Shown: piece after piece, positions 1 through 12,416 of the stretch
Layout: each line of letters begins with the position of its first letter
Position numbering within the stretch: the stretch's first letter is position 1
NCBI RefSeq assembly: GCF_004010195.1
Contig: NC_057719.1
Location: 6,720,846 to 6,784,845, forward strand
Length of the DNA stretch: 64,000 nt
From: Chiloscyllium plagiosum
Lineage: Eukaryota
Direction of reading: 5' to 3'
Program-made: the position numbers and the translations under genes
The notes under the pieces: generated by a model
Told to the model about the DNA's origin: nothing
The model's input: the letters and a program-made list of their open reading frames with translations, nothing else
The model's database searches: none

Positions 1-303
1 TCTCAGCACCGCCTTCTTGACCTGCAATCTTCTTCCCGACCTCTCCGCCCCCACCCCCTCTCCAGCCTATCACCCTCACCTTAACCTCCTTTCACCTATC
101 GCATTTCCAACTCCCCTCCCCCAAGTCCCTCCTCCCTACTTTTTATCTTGGCCTGCTTGGCACACCTTCCTCATTCCTGAAGAAGGGCTTATGCCCAAAA
201 CGTCGATTCTCCTGTTCCTTGGATGCTGCCTGACCTGCTGCGCTTTTCCAGCAACACATTTTTCAGCTCTGATCTCCAGCATCTGCAGTCCTCACTTTCT
301 CCT
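1..303 (+). mobile_element. Penelope-like element 3' fragment (family A pLTR) with decayed hammerhead motif
   Basis: Pyrimidine-rich tract, then CTGAAGA-A-GGGC-TTAT-GCCC-AAAA-CGTC near 177-204 (GAAA changed to AAAA) and the family A tail ...CAGCATCTGCAGTCCTCACTTTCTCC that recurs many times in the window. Confidence 0.8.
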
Positions 304-1784
304 AGATTAATTTAGGATATTAGTGAGGAAGGGTCTGTTTCCATGCTGTACAGCTCTATGACTGTATGAGATGGGCTGCAACTCTCTGCATTGGACCTGG
401 GATTATTAAATGAACTCTTTATGTCAACCAGTGGTGAGCAAATTAAAAGATTTTAGAATTGAATTAGGTTAATTGAGCTTTTTTTTCTCCTTCCTAGTGT
501 TGATGTAGGTCACCCACATTACAAGGAATTCCTACAGCCTGATTCACCGCTCTTGAGCCGATCCATTATAGCAAGACCCTGATCAATTGTGACTTTGATA
601 GTGATCAGCTTTCAGGTTTCATGCCTCTGGCCATGCAGTGTCCTTTTAACTAAATATTAAAAGGAGAGGATTGCACCCCCCCATGCCCTGCCCTGGGCAG
701 CTTTTATCTTAATGAGGACAACAGATTTACCATAACCCCATTCCAAAGCATGAATAGTTTATACGGGACTACTTAGTTGGCTAAAAGCACAGAAACCTGC
801 TTACATCATTTATGAAACATGTTGCATCTGTATGCATTTCCTGTAAGCTTTATCATGAAAAATTCCTACATTCCCATTTCTGTTTTAAACTAGCTATGCA
901 AACCTATCATTATTGATAGGTTCCTCATTGTTGGTGCAGTGTAATGACAGTGTGATAAGTTTCTACAGGCAGTTTCCGTTATAAATATGGGTTGTGGAAT
1001 TTACAATCGAACTATATAAATATGCATGGAGTGTACTGAATGGTTTACATTGTACTTACAGCACAGAAACCGGCCATTTGGCTCAACTGGTTCATAGCAG
1101 TGTTTATGCTGTTCCTGAGTGATCCTTCCACCCCAACTCCACTTCATCTAACTCTATCATTATATTGTTATATTCTTTGCTGCCTGATGTTTATCATTTC
1201 ATTCCTGTGTCTAGTGACATAAGAGACAGTGTATGCTTATGTCTGTTCCCTTAGCTAGTTTTCTGTGGGTCAAGTCACTCACCGGAGGCTGTAGTTCAAG
1301 GATCGTCACTCTGCAGGAGGCATGGCTCGTCAGGAAGCTCTCCCACTCTTACCCCCTCTTGTAGGCATTTTGGAAGGCTTTGCAGGTGGATTATAAACCT
1401 GTTTGGCCTTGTCAGGGACACCCCTTTTGTGGCCATCAAGTCCTGAGGTGGGACTGTAATCCGGAGCTTCTGCCTCACAGGCAGGGATGCTGACCACGGC
1501 AACACAAGATCTCTCTTGTCCATTGAAATTCCCCTTAAATGCATCCATGCTCTTTGCTTCAGCCATTACTTGGGGGAGCACGTTTCATGTTATTACCATT
1601 TATTGAGTAAAGAGGTCTCCTGAGTTCCTCACTGGACATGTTGGTGACCATCTTGTACTGATGGGCCCCCTTCCTAGTCCCCAATATGTACAAATATACC
1701 TTACCCAAACCATTTCTCCACACTCTGGTGCCATATCACCTGAAGACTGAACTTGATCTGGACTGCTAGGTGGGTTTTGTCTGG

Positions 1785-2168
1785 CGATGTATTCATTGGA
1801 ATTTAAAAAAATTAGAGGACATCTGATTGAAATGTGTAAGTTTCTTAGGGAACTTAACAGGGTAGATGAAGAGAGGTTGTTTCCCCTTGTTGGAAACTCT
1901 AGGACCAGAGAGCAAAATCTCAGAGTAAGGAGTCATCCTTTTAAAACAGAAATGAAGAGGGTTTTTTTCTCCTAGATGGTAGCAAATCTGGCTCATTGTG
2001 TATATTCAAGGGTGAGATAGACAGATTTTTAATCAGTGAGGGAATCGAGGGTTATGGGGATAAGGCAGGAAGGGAGCTGAGGATCATTAGGTCAACTATT
2101 ATCGAATTGAATAATGAGCAGACTCGATGGGCTCAATGACCTACTTCCACTCCTACTCTTGTGGTCTA
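1785..2168 (+). mobile_element. CR1 LINE 3' fragment
   Basis: ORF 1787-1975 (YSLEFKKIRGHLIE...LFPLVGNSRTR) is typical CR1 ORF2 C-terminus and parallels 45160-45543. Confidence 0.85.
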
Positions 2169-3559
2169 AGACAGTTTCAGAGTTGGGGCCAGGTCATGGA
2201 AGGGCTTGAAAGCAATTGGAAAATCGAGTCATTTCCAAACTGGGAGCCAGTGTAGGTCAGCGAGCACAGAGTTAATGGGTGAATGGAGTTGGTGTGAGTT
2301 AGGACACAGACAGCATAATCTGATTGCACTGCCTTTTACTATGTCCCAAAGGTTGAGGGTTATGAGATCAACCATGCTCTGATTGAATGGCAGAGCAGAG
2401 TCGAGGGGTCAAATGGCCTACTCTGTCAGTATGTCTTGTGGCCTATATGAAAATAGAGACAATTGTAGGTCACTTTGTTTGTTCCGTTAAAGTCAATGGG
2501 CGAATCAGGATCAGTGAATAACAAAGTAGTCAAACTCAGTGTAACACGGTGTACATTAAAAGTGCCCCCTTTCCTGCAGTAATCAGCAAAGCAGGTCCAT
2601 ATTTTTGCTGTTAGTACGTGTTGGTGCAACATGAATTCCTCACTCAGTTGTAAACTTGCACACCACTGCTCTACAGGGAAATGTATTTCAAAGGCAATTT
2701 TAGACAAAACAGTTAGTGCAAATTTTATTGCATCAAGTGCAGCACTTGAAATGAGCCGAAAGTGGTGTTGTTAGAAATACTATTAAGACCCACAATCTGT
2801 TCAGACATCTCCACTGTTCGGAACAATTTGCTTTTGAATTGGTTCATACAACAAGGACCTCTTTCGTCTCTTTGAAGGAGTGTAATTCAATGAATTAAAA
2901 ATAAAGCGGAACAATGGATCAAAGCAAGATGAGAGTAACTTGTTATTGTCGCAGTCAAGCTGCCCTGTCAATTACATAATAGGGCCAGACCCAAGTGGTG
3001 GAAGGGACTTGAATTAATTCGGTGAGGTGTGACACATGTTCTGTGCCAGGCTATATGTACCACTCTCGATTTGATGGTCCCTGTGGAAAGAAAAGAAGGA
3101 ATGTCTTGCATTTGCTGACCACCTTTCATTTCCATGGGAATGTCCCAGAGCACTTGAGAGTCTTGGAGTCTTGGAGATATACAGCATGGAAACAGACCCT
3201 TTGGTCCAACTCATCCATGCTGACCAACTATCCCAACCCTATCTACTTTGCAGCCAATATTTGACGTTTAGCCACAGTTTGCACACAGCAAGCTCCAACA
3301 TGAATCATCTGATTTTTGTTTTGGAAATGCTGATCTCTGGATGAACTCCACTGCCCTTCTTCAAATTTCATAAAAAGTGGATAGGGCACAAACCTTCTGA
3401 CTCAGAGTGTGGCGTTTCCAACTCTGCCGTGACTGATGCCGACTTCATGTGGCACAGAGTGTGATGATGGCAATTTTGGACTCATAATGGATGAGTTTGT
3501 CAATTTATAGAGTCATCGAGATCTACAGAAGAGAAAATGGGCGTCTGTGTCAGTCAAAA

Positions 3560-4080
3560 TAAAAGACAGCAGAAGATAGATGTGATACCAACCTTTAAAA
3601 ATGGAAACATAAGGAAAAAAATAATTTTGTGAAGATGAAGGGTGCGTTAATGAGAGTCAAGCTTTCAACAGAGACAACTTGTAAGTTATTAAATCCATCT
3701 GCTTTCCTGCATCCCACAGAAATCTGGACAATAACAAGGATCTATGGAAGAAAATAGTGGCCTTTGAAATATAGATGCTCAGATGTGTGATTAAAAAAAA
3801 ATCCACATACAGACCATAATACAAATGAAGAGGTAGTTCAAACTGCAAGAGTAATAGGAACCTGAAAAGGAATGTCGATATTTTGACTGTTTGGTTGGAG
3901 CTCAGGAGATCTCTTCGAGAGGGTAAAGTGGATGACAGTAGGAAGAGGAGGTGACCCAGGCTTATTTGGATGATAGGGGTCACAGAGCAGTTTGCAGATG
4001 AATTGCTGCAGATGAGGATGAAGCAAGACAGTTGAATGGAACACAGCATGGCAACAGATCTCCTGATTAGGGTAGATCCA
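3560..4080 (+). mobile_element. Decayed RTE-clade LINE 3' fragment
   Basis: Broken frames give WTITRIYG/KDLWKKIVAFEI*ML and EGKVDDSRKRR*PRLIWM, resembling RTE ORF C-terminal motifs (ETWT..., EGK.EG.R.RGRP...W). Confidence 0.6.
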
Positions 4081-4409
4081 AGCAGGGAGTGGGAAAGAGC
4101 ACGTGTTTGGGGAGGGTGCAAGGTGCGAGTGAGACTGGTAGCTGAGAGACTTAAGAGAAGATGCTATCTATGTTAGCCCTTGTACTCACTGGATGGGTTG
4201 ACTCAATCCATCAGGGCAAGAGCCCTAGCAGAGTTAATGTTAATGCTTGGGCAATGTCACTGCAATCTGTGATAACCACATTGCCATATTGCTCTCGGGC
4301 AGGGGAGATTGCACAGTTAGAACCTTCATCTCCAAACACGTACACACACAGTCTCATCCAATAGGAATCCAAACCAATCATAAACCTAAACCAAGCTTCT
4401 GAGTTTTCT

Positions 4410-4735
4410 TTAATATTCATTCACGGAATGAAGGTGTTGCTGGTTAAGCCAGCATTTATTGCCCACCCCTAATTGCCCAGAGGGCAGTTAAGAGTCAGCC
4501 AGGTTGCTGTGAGTCTGGAGTCACATGTAGGTCAGACCAGGTAAGGATGGCAGTTTCCTTCCCTAAAGCACATTAGTGAACCAGATGGGTTTTTCCAACA
4601 ATTGACAATAGATTCATGATCATTATTAAACTTGTAATTTCAGATTTTATTACTGAATTCAAATTTCACCATCTGCTGTAGTGAGATTTGAACCTGGGTC
4701 TCCACAACATTACCTGGATCTCCGGATTAACAGAT
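4410..4735 (-). mobile_element. tRNA-derived SINE with L2-like tail
   Basis: Reverse complement of the family at 12930-13775 and 21220-21965 (CCCATCTGGTTCACTAATG...GGGCAATAAATGCTGG). Confidence 0.75.
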
Positions 4736-4939
4736 TAACAGGGAGTAATGTTGTGATAACAGACTGCAGAAGCATCACCCAATCTCTGATGTGGGAACTG
4801 TACACCCCAAAAGATCTCAAGACTCTGTGCACTGAGTGTGTTCCACCTCCATCTTTCCCAAGTGGAGCTGCACTTGATGGAGCGCATGTCTGAAAACTGT
4901 CTCAATCACCCACTGTGATTTATTTCATCCAGTAAAATT

Positions 4940-5400
4940 AATGAGTAGCATTTGTGTACAGGAGCAGGGAGATTATGCTGTTCCTATATAAAACACCAGT
5001 TGGACATGAGCTGGAGTATCATGTACACTTCTTGGTACCACACTTGAGGAAGGATGTGGATGCATTGGAGATAGTATGGAAGGGAATTTTTCAGTTCTGA
5101 GGGAATATTAATAAAGTTGAGATTGTTTTCCTTGGAGAGAAGAGATGAATAGTAGATTAGAATTTCAAAATTGGAGGAGATCTGGATAGAGTAGAGAAGG
5201 AGAACTGTTCTGACTCATAAATTAATTTTGAATGAGAGGGCACAGATTTACAATGTTTTGAAAAAGAAGTAAATGGGATGAAGAAAGAAACTTCTGGCTG
5301 TGCAAGTAGTTTGAGTCCAGAATGCACTGCCTGGAAGTGTGGTGGGGCAGGTTCAATTAAAGCAACTCAAGACGGCCTGAGGTGATCATTTAACAACAGC
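4940..5400 (+). mobile_element. Old CR1 LINE 3' fragment
   Basis: Degenerate LYKT..LEY..F.PHLRKDVDALE-like coding and similarity to other CR1 tails. Confidence 0.65.
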
Positions 5401-5734
5401 CTCCTCCTGCACGGTAACAATTCTGACAATTTCCTTCATTGCCTTCCATGTACATGTTTACTGTAAGTGGAATTTTCCACAGGGACAGGGACGGGCAGAA
5501 CAGAAATATCCCCACCTTTTGCCTTGCACCAATCATCCCTTTTATCATTTAATCTCTCCTGCCTTCTACTCTATCAGAGCTTATGTCTGAAATGTTGATT
5601 TTCCTGCTTCTCGGATGCTGCCTGACCTGTTGTGCTTTTCCAGCGCCACTCTTTTTGATTCTACTCTATACAGCCTGTTCTTCCCTTTTCCTACCCAACT
5701 TTCCCCAGCTTTGTTACTTTAACTCTACCTTTAA

Positions 5735-5956
5735 GGAGAAAGTGAGGACTGCAGATGCTGGAGATCAGAGCTGAAAATGTGTTGCTGGAAAAACACAGCA
5801 GGTCAGGCAGCATCCAAGGAGCAGGAGAATCGACGTTTCGGGCATAAGCCCTTCTTCAGGATTCCTGAAGAAGGGCTCATGCCCGAAACGTCAATTCTCC
5901 TGCTCCTTGGATGCTGCCTGACCTGCTGGGCTTTTCCAGCAACACATTTTCAGCTC
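5735..5956. mobile_element. Fold-back PLE family A insertion with two hammerhead motifs
   Basis: Inverted arms meet at about 5861-5863. Hammerhead cores at 5832-5859 (-) and 5865-5892 (+). Flanking direct repeat TTAACTCTACCTTTAA at 5719-5734 and 5957-5972. Confidence 0.9.
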
Positions 5957-6130
5957 TTAACTCTACCTTTAACAGTTACAAATTGTTGAATTTCTCAATG
6001 TCTTCCAGCTCTGAATAAAAGGTTTTGTCAACTCTGTTCCTGCATCTCTGCAGATGCCTCCTGACCTGCTGAGTTTTTCCAGTATCAGCAGCATAATGCT
6101 TTAGTGAAATTCATTCCTGTGTCATTGGCT

Positions 6131-6270
6131 TCCTTCTTCCTTTTCTCCCTCTCTCCTGTTGTCTGTCTCTCTCTCCCCCCTTTCTCTTTCTCTCTCCCCC
6201 CCCCTCTCTTTGTCTCTCTCTCTCCCCCTTTCTCCTTTTTCTCTCTCCTCTCTTTTTCTCACTCTTCTTT
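6131..6270. repeat. CT-rich low-complexity tract
   Basis: About 140 nt that is almost entirely C/T. Confidence 0.9.
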
Positions 6271-6279
6271 CATGTACTT

Positions 6280-6630
6280 TGCTCGCTAAATTGTTTAATT
6301 ACATTCAGTTAACTCTTCCATGCCTCCCCTATGGTTCATAATTAGTCCCTGAGAGAAGAGAAAATTACCTAACATACAGATGGCTTTTGTCAGGCAGAGG
6401 TGTATTCCTCAGCCGACTGGCTTAGTCTCATTTGCAGGCACCAAACAGAGTGAATGTTGTAATTAGCCCATTACCACTGCACTTGAAACAGCAACTGCAG
6501 ATACTGTAATAAGAGCAATTGGCATCCCCCAGGAAACTGATGCACTCGGCAGTTGCAACCAGAGAGCGCCAACGGCTATTCTGTGGAGCAGAGGTGCTCC
6601 TTTGCTTGCAATTCCTGACTGGAAACCAAA
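6280..6630. promoter_or_regulatory. Candidate conserved non-coding element (enhancer-like)
   Basis: Unique sequence with several TAAT/ATTA homeodomain cores and a CAGATG E-box; no resemblance to the window's repeats. Conservation not tested. Confidence 0.4.
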
Positions 6631-6720
6631 AGCGAAGTACTAAGGGCTGCTGGGGTCTTTAATTACACAGGAAGTGCTGCAGACAAATTTGGCAGGTCTG
6701 TTAGCGTCTGTAGAGAGAGA

Positions 6721-6922
6721 TGATTTGGAGGAGCCGGTGTTGGACTGGGGTGTACAAAGTTAAAAATCACACAACACCAGGTTATAGTCCAACAGGTTTA
6801 ATTGGAAGCACTAGCACTAGTAATAATACAACAACCACCTGATGAAGGAGCGTCGCTCCGACAGCTAGTGCTTCCAGTTAAACCTGTTGGACCATAACCT
6901 GGTGTTGTGTGATTTTTAACTT
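6721..6922. mobile_element. Fold-back PLE family B insertion nested in an older PLE family C remnant
   Basis: Inverted AAAGTTAAAAATCACACAACACCAGG... arms. Hammerhead at 6839-6867 has GACA in place of GAAA. Direct repeat TGTAGAGAGAGA at 6709-6720 and 6923-6934. Confidence 0.85.
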
Positions 6923-7039
6923 TGTAGAGAGAGAAGCAGAGTTAATATTTCAATTCCAGTATGACTTAGAATAGTGAGGTACTTGGTCTTGACTCAATGG
7001 GCCGAAGAGTCTTTTTCTGTGCGGGTGACCTCTGTGACT

Positions 7040-7490
7040 CTTTCTTTGTTTCTGAAGGGAGAAGTGATGATTTTTGTGTGCAAAACAGAGGTGAGCAGGA
7101 GCAAGTGGAATAAAAGGCGAGGTCAGAGCAAGGTTACAAGGCGAAGGAGATTGAAGATCACAGATGTGATAGCAAAAAAGGAAAAAGGAGGGTGGTGAAA
7201 CACTGGTACACTGCAGCAGGCCGAGGACACCAATTGAGCATGAGGGCAAGATGGTGCATTAAAATGTCCAGTAACCCCAAAGAGCTGGGTCATGGGCAAG
7301 GACTTAGTGGAATGTTCTGCAAGGTGGACATCCATTTGAGGAGACTGCATTGTGAGCAAAGAATACAGAGGACTGAATTGAAACAAAACGTAGATTTTTC
7401 TGCTCCTTGGATGCTGCATGACCTGTTGTCCTTTTCCAGCACCACTCTAGTATTGACATTAATCTCCAGCATCTGCAGTCCTCACCTTAA
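7040..7490 (-). mobile_element. Decayed PLE with GIY-YIG endonuclease remnant
   Basis: Minus-strand frames give CFNSVLCILCSQCSLL and HLAEHS...VTGHFNAPSCPHAQL, the typical PLE GIY-YIG region. A + strand pLTR tail abuts at about 7385-7490. Confidence 0.6.
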
Positions 7491-8074
7491 CCCCCTGAAT
7501 TGAAAAAAAGCCCAAGTAAATGGCTGTTTCACTTGGAAGGAGTATTTAGGATCTTGGACATGAGAAGGGCGGAGGCAATAAAACAATGTAATTGCGTGTG
7601 AAGGTGCCAAGAGGGTAGAGTGACTGGAAATCAGTGTTTTCTTTTTAAAACCACCACCCAGTCACCCATTTCTACAACTCCAGGTCCAAAGGCTTGATTT
7701 CAGTATTCTCATCCTCATGCTGAAAACCTTCCATGTGTGAGGGATGATGCATTGGGTAGCACTCTCACCTCTGAACCAGAAGATCTGCTTTCAGGTTTCA
7801 TGACCTGTGGCAGATCATTATCATGCCACAGACTTGAGACTGACATCTCAGCTGTCACTCTCAATGCGGTACCATGGGAGTCCTGCACTGTTACGGGATA
7901 CTGGCACAAGTTTGCAGTTCAGGTTTGAAAATTGCAGATAATGAGACATCAAACCAATCTGTCCCATTTGTCCTCTAAAGTGAACATTAGGATTACCAAG
8001 GAACTACGTCAAAGAAGATCAGAAGAGTTCTCCATACTTTGCTGAACAATACTTATCTCTGACTTATTCCCCTC

Positions 8075-8720
8075 TCCAGAGGTTTGAGTGCAATATTCCC
8101 ACGTTTTCAGATGACACACAGTCAGCTGGGAGGCTGAGTTATGAGGAAAATACAAAGAGGCCCCAAATGGATTTAGACAGGCAGAGTGAATGCATAAAAA
8201 ATTGGCAAATGCAATACAATGTGGAGAAATGTAAAGTTATCCACTTTGGTAGGAAAAAAGAGTACATAAAACATTTCTTAAATGATGACAGGCTGAAAAG
8301 TGATGAACTGCAGAGATACGTGTCCTTATGAGTCATGGAAAGTTAACATGCAGTTACAGCAAGCAATCAGGAAGGCAAGTGCTCCGATGGCCTTTATTAC
8401 AAGAGATTTGAGTATGTCATGTTGTGATTATATAGAGCCTTGCTGAGTATTGTGTGTAGTTTTGGTCTTCTCACCTGGGGAGGCACTTGCCATTGAGAGA
8501 GTGCACCAGAAACTCACAAAATTAATCCCTGGAATTCCTGGTTAAATAGATTGGGCCTCTATTTAAGAGGAGCTTAGACGAGTAAGAAGTTATTTCATTC
8601 AAACATACAGGATTCTAATGGAGATCAATAGAGTTGGTGCAGGAAGGATGTCTCCCCTTGGGGGTGGCAAGGTTGGATATGGAGCCAGGACACAAAGTCC
8701 CAGAATAAGAGGCAGGTCAC
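8075..8720 (+). mobile_element. Old CR1 RT fragment
   Basis: Degenerate FSDDT...WQMQYNVEKCKVIHFG motifs. Confidence 0.75.
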
Positions 8721-8799
8721 ATAATTGCAGCGAAAGGGTTGGCAAACTTCCCTCACCCATCCTTCCGAACCACCACAACCTTCCCTCTCCACAGCCATG

Positions 8800-9150
8800 G
8801 GACGATGGGTAACATTCTCACCTCTGAGTCAGAAGATTGCAAATTCAAGTCGTACTCCAGAAACCGAGCAAAAATCTCGACTGGCTTCACTGAAGGATTA
8901 CTCAGGAATGTTGTCTTATGAACAAGAAATTAACAGAGGCTCCACGTGCTTTTCCAGGTGGATATAAAGTGATCTCTCGCACTATTTCAAAGAAGCGCTG
9001 AGAGTTCTCTCTGGTGCCCCTAGCCTTTGTTTATCCCTCAACCAACAACATAAAGCAGGTCGTTATCTTGTCAGCATTTGTGGGAGCACAGATTGGCTAC
9101 TCCATTGCAGCAACAACTACACTGTAAAACACTTGAAAGATGCAATTTAA
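8800..9150 (+). mobile_element. Deu-domain (SacSINE1/AmnSINE-like) SINE
   Basis: tRNA-like head (CCTCTGAGTCAGAAG...TTCAAGTC) plus CTATTTCAAAGAAG...TTTATCCCTCAACCAAC core. Related copies at about 7750-8070, 9650-9985, 29290-29620(-) and 61510-61830. Confidence 0.6.
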
Positions 9151-10185
9151 TCTCAAGTATTTCTTTCTTTCTCCCATCGAAGTTATTTTGTTTGGGCTCA
9201 GCCATGATCGCGTTTATGCAGAAGAATATATTGTCTTTTCCTGCAAAGGTGAATAATGCAGCATGAATCATGTCCGGCCAATCATGGCTCCTGTGTCTCC
9301 GGATTAGTATCTTACCTTGGGGGATGGTAGAAAAGTTGGCTGAGGTCATTGGCTCTTTTATGTCTGTACAAACTAGACCCTGGGGAACACTGTACAGTTC
9401 TTGATTGTTAAACAGCATTGTGGGTAATCTTCTAGTCACTTTACAACCTACTAATATTCAATCAATATTCCTTCAACCATGAGACAGGATACATAAGATT
9501 GCTGAAGAGTATGAGGAAGGAAGAGTATGGGGAAGAAAGAAGTGGGAGGCAGACATTGGAGAGGATATTGCGGTAGATAGATTTTGTACACCTACCAGCG
9601 TACAACAAACTAACTTCATTGGAGGTAGTCATGCTCAAGGTATCAGTTATGGCTCAGGTTGTAGCATTCTTATCTTTTCTACAGGAGGTTGTAATGCAAT
9701 CCCCACTCAGGACCTGAGTACAAAGCCTGGCCTGACAGTGCAGTGCTGTGCTGTTGGAAGCATTGTCTTTTAGATGAGACATTAAACTAAGGGCCTGTTT
9801 GCCATTTCAGCTACAGTAGATGTTGGCTTTATTTCAAAGAAGATGAAGGCTGTTCCCTGTACGGTTTCCCGTCCAATATTCACCTCTCAACAAAGACCTA
9901 GAACAGTTAACCTGGTCGGTTGCTCAGCACAAATTAACCATTGCATTTTCTACTTTGTGAAAGTTGCTATAAAAATTACAAGTTGAGGACCCTGTGCACT
10001 CCCAGTCAGGTGTTATGCGGACCATCTGAAGAGCAAAGCTGTTTCTGCTCTACTTAAGCAGCTGGGTAACTGCTGATAGCACAAATGAGACTTTATGCTT
10101 CAGAGTAATGGCCTCTCTGGTTTCCCCTGTCTCGGCACCAGCCATCCTTAAGACTTCCTCAGAGTTAGATCCACACGGGACCCAC

Positions 10186-10285
10186 GGTTCTGAAGAAGGG
10201 TCACTGAACTTGAAACGCTAACTCTGCTTTCCCTGCACAGCTGCTGCTAGATCTGCTGAATTTCTCCAGAAATTTCTGTTTTTGT
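10186..10285 (+). mobile_element. PLE family C pLTR fragment with hammerhead motif
   Basis: GGTT-CTGAAGA-A-GGGTCACTGAACTT-GAAA-CGCT-AACT (10186-10223); GGTT/AACT can form stem I. Related copies at about 10680 and 49700. Confidence 0.65.
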
Positions 10286-10984
10286 ACCACAGTCTGTTGC
10301 TGGTTTGGGCTAAATCAACAGATAGACACATGTTGGTGGCCTGGCCTTGTAAAGTAATATTGGATCTAGAACTGCAATCAGAACAGACACATTGGGGTGA
10401 CTGAGCACCATATTGAGACTTAGAGTTATAGAGTCATAGAGATGTACAGCATGGAAACAGACCCTTCAGTCCAACCCGTCCATGCCGACCAGATAGTGAA
10501 TGCCTAACTGGTGTGCTTCCCTGATGCTATATAATTCGAGAACAACAACTTGCAATAAATATTGTGCATTGAGCATATTAAAAAAAGATCATTTTCACTT
10601 CACAGGAACAGTGTTTAACAACATTTCACTTTCAGGACAAAAGATGCTGTAGAACCTCAGCAGACCAGGCAGCAGAACCCAATTCTGAAGAGTCATTTCG
10701 GACACGAATTGTTAACTCTGTTTCTCTCTCTCCACAGTTGTTGCCAGATCTGCTGAGCTTCTTCCATCATTTTCTCTTTTTATTTCAGATTCCCAGCATC
10801 TGCAGTAATTTGGTTTTATATATTTGAAGAAACAGCTTAAAAGAAATTAGATAGGTATAGAACCTAAGAGCTAAATTGAAAGAAGAGTTCAGTGAAGAGA
10901 GAGGTCAAGAGTCAGTGAAGTTTAGGGAAGGAATTCCAGAACTTGCGACAGAGGCATCACTTGATTAAAATTGTGAATTTTAAA

Positions 10985-11280
10985 AAAATCATGAGATGTG
11001 GGAGTCAAGGCCAGTGTCTTAAGCCCTTTATTGTCTATCCCTAATTGCCCTCAAGAAGGTGGTGATGAGCTGCTACCTTGACTCAATGCAGGTCCCTCAA
11101 GATGGGGAGGGGGCTCCAGTATTTTGACTCAGTGGCAGGGGAGAAATGGCGATATATTTCCAAGTCAAGATGGTAAGTGGCTTGGAGGGGAACTTGCAGG
11201 TGGTCGTGATACCATGTGTCTGCTGCCCTTGTCCTTCTAGATGGAAGTGGTTGTGGGTTTGGAAGGTGCTTTTGAAGGAC
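10985..11280 (-). mobile_element. L2-like LINE 3' tail
   Basis: Reverse complement of the tail at 28250-28545 (CACCTTCCAAACC...CACCACCTTCTCAAGGGCAATTAGG). Confidence 0.7.
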
Positions 11281-11951
11281 ACACAGAGACAGTGACCAAA
11301 CTCTGCACCAGAGCAGGAGATAGAATTTCCGCTGGGGTTCTTATACCCAATAATTATTCAGTGGCCACTGTTGGAAGATTCCATAAGGGTTGATGCTAAA
11401 CAAATGCTGAATTTGGTTTGAGTCAGCTTTGGTTGTAAATTTTATCAAAGAACGAATACCCAGTCCTAACTTCCTAATGCTTGCATATAAAACTATATAC
11501 TCTGGCGAGGTGCCTGAGGAGCAAACTGGGTATGAGGGTCTGTGGAACTATATGACAGAATGAGTTAGCACCATCAATACAGAAAGGACTAAAATTTATT
11601 TTTACATGAATATTGCTACATAAGAAACTAATTGCAATGTTTAATGCATGAACAGTACATCTGACTGACGCCAAATATATATGCTTGTGTGCATTGCCCC
11701 AGGTGACATAAGCTGGTAGGTTCTATATAAATCTTTTAAAATTGCCAGTTTAATGTTATAAGAGAGTTCAAACATTAATTATTTTAATATCAAATTCTAA
11801 ACCCAAATGTTTCCATAGACACTAATAATGTAATATATTTAGCTCAACCCCCGCTTCCTTCAGGTGCTTTGTGCAAGGGGTGAGCTTTGGGGTTGCACAC
11901 AATTAGGATTGAGCTCTGACGGTTTATTATTTAAGACTGAATCTTGCCTTG

Positions 11952-11965
11952 GTTGCCATGGTAAC
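11952..11965. promoter_or_regulatory. RFX X-box motif
   Basis: GTTGCCATGGTAAC fits the X-box consensus GTNRCC-N0-3-RGYAAC and lies in unique sequence. Confidence 0.45.
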
Positions 11966-12097
11966 ACATCTGAAAAATGAACAACAATGTACTTAGGTGT
12001 TAAATATTATTTATATTTTGGAATGAACACTCAGACCTCAGCTTTGTAGTAAATAAAAGAGCTCACTCCTTTTTCTGAATGAGAGCTGCAAACAGGA

Positions 12098-12416
12098 TGA
12101 TTAGGGGTTTAGATAGGGTCGACAGTGAGAATCTTTTTCCACATATGGGGTCAGCTATTACAAGGGGGCATAGCTTTAAATTAAGGGGGGTAGGTATAGG
12201 ACAGATGTTAGGGGTAGGTTCTTTACTCAGCGAGTCGTGAGTTCATGGAATGCCCTGCCAGTAGCAGTGGTGGACTCTCCCTCATTATGGGCATTTAAGC
12301 GGGCATTGGATAGGCATATGGAGGATAGTGGGCTAGTGTAGGTTAGGTGGGCTTGGATCGGCGCAACATCGAGGGCCGAAGGGCCTGTACTGCGCTGTAT
12401 TCTTCTATGTTCTATG
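12098..12416 (+). mobile_element. CR1 LINE 3' end
   Basis: TCAGCGAGTCGTGAGTTCATGGAATGCCCTGCC (QRVVSSWNALP), GGGCCGAAGGGCCTGT and a TTCTATG-repeat tail. Confidence 0.85.

Noticed and set aside
17..310. Recurring ORFs containing GCCLTCCAFP or QENRRFGHKPFFR (also at 5583, 5777, 13183, 18018, 41460, 58699)
   Set aside because: These are translations of the PLE pLTR repeat on either strand, not a host gene family.
5735..5956. DNA-transposon MITE or pre-miRNA interpretation of the fold-back repeats
   Set aside because: Arm lengths are unequal and variable, TSDs are long and variable, and the same sequence is attached to GIY-YIG ORF ends, which points to Penelope retro-insertions.
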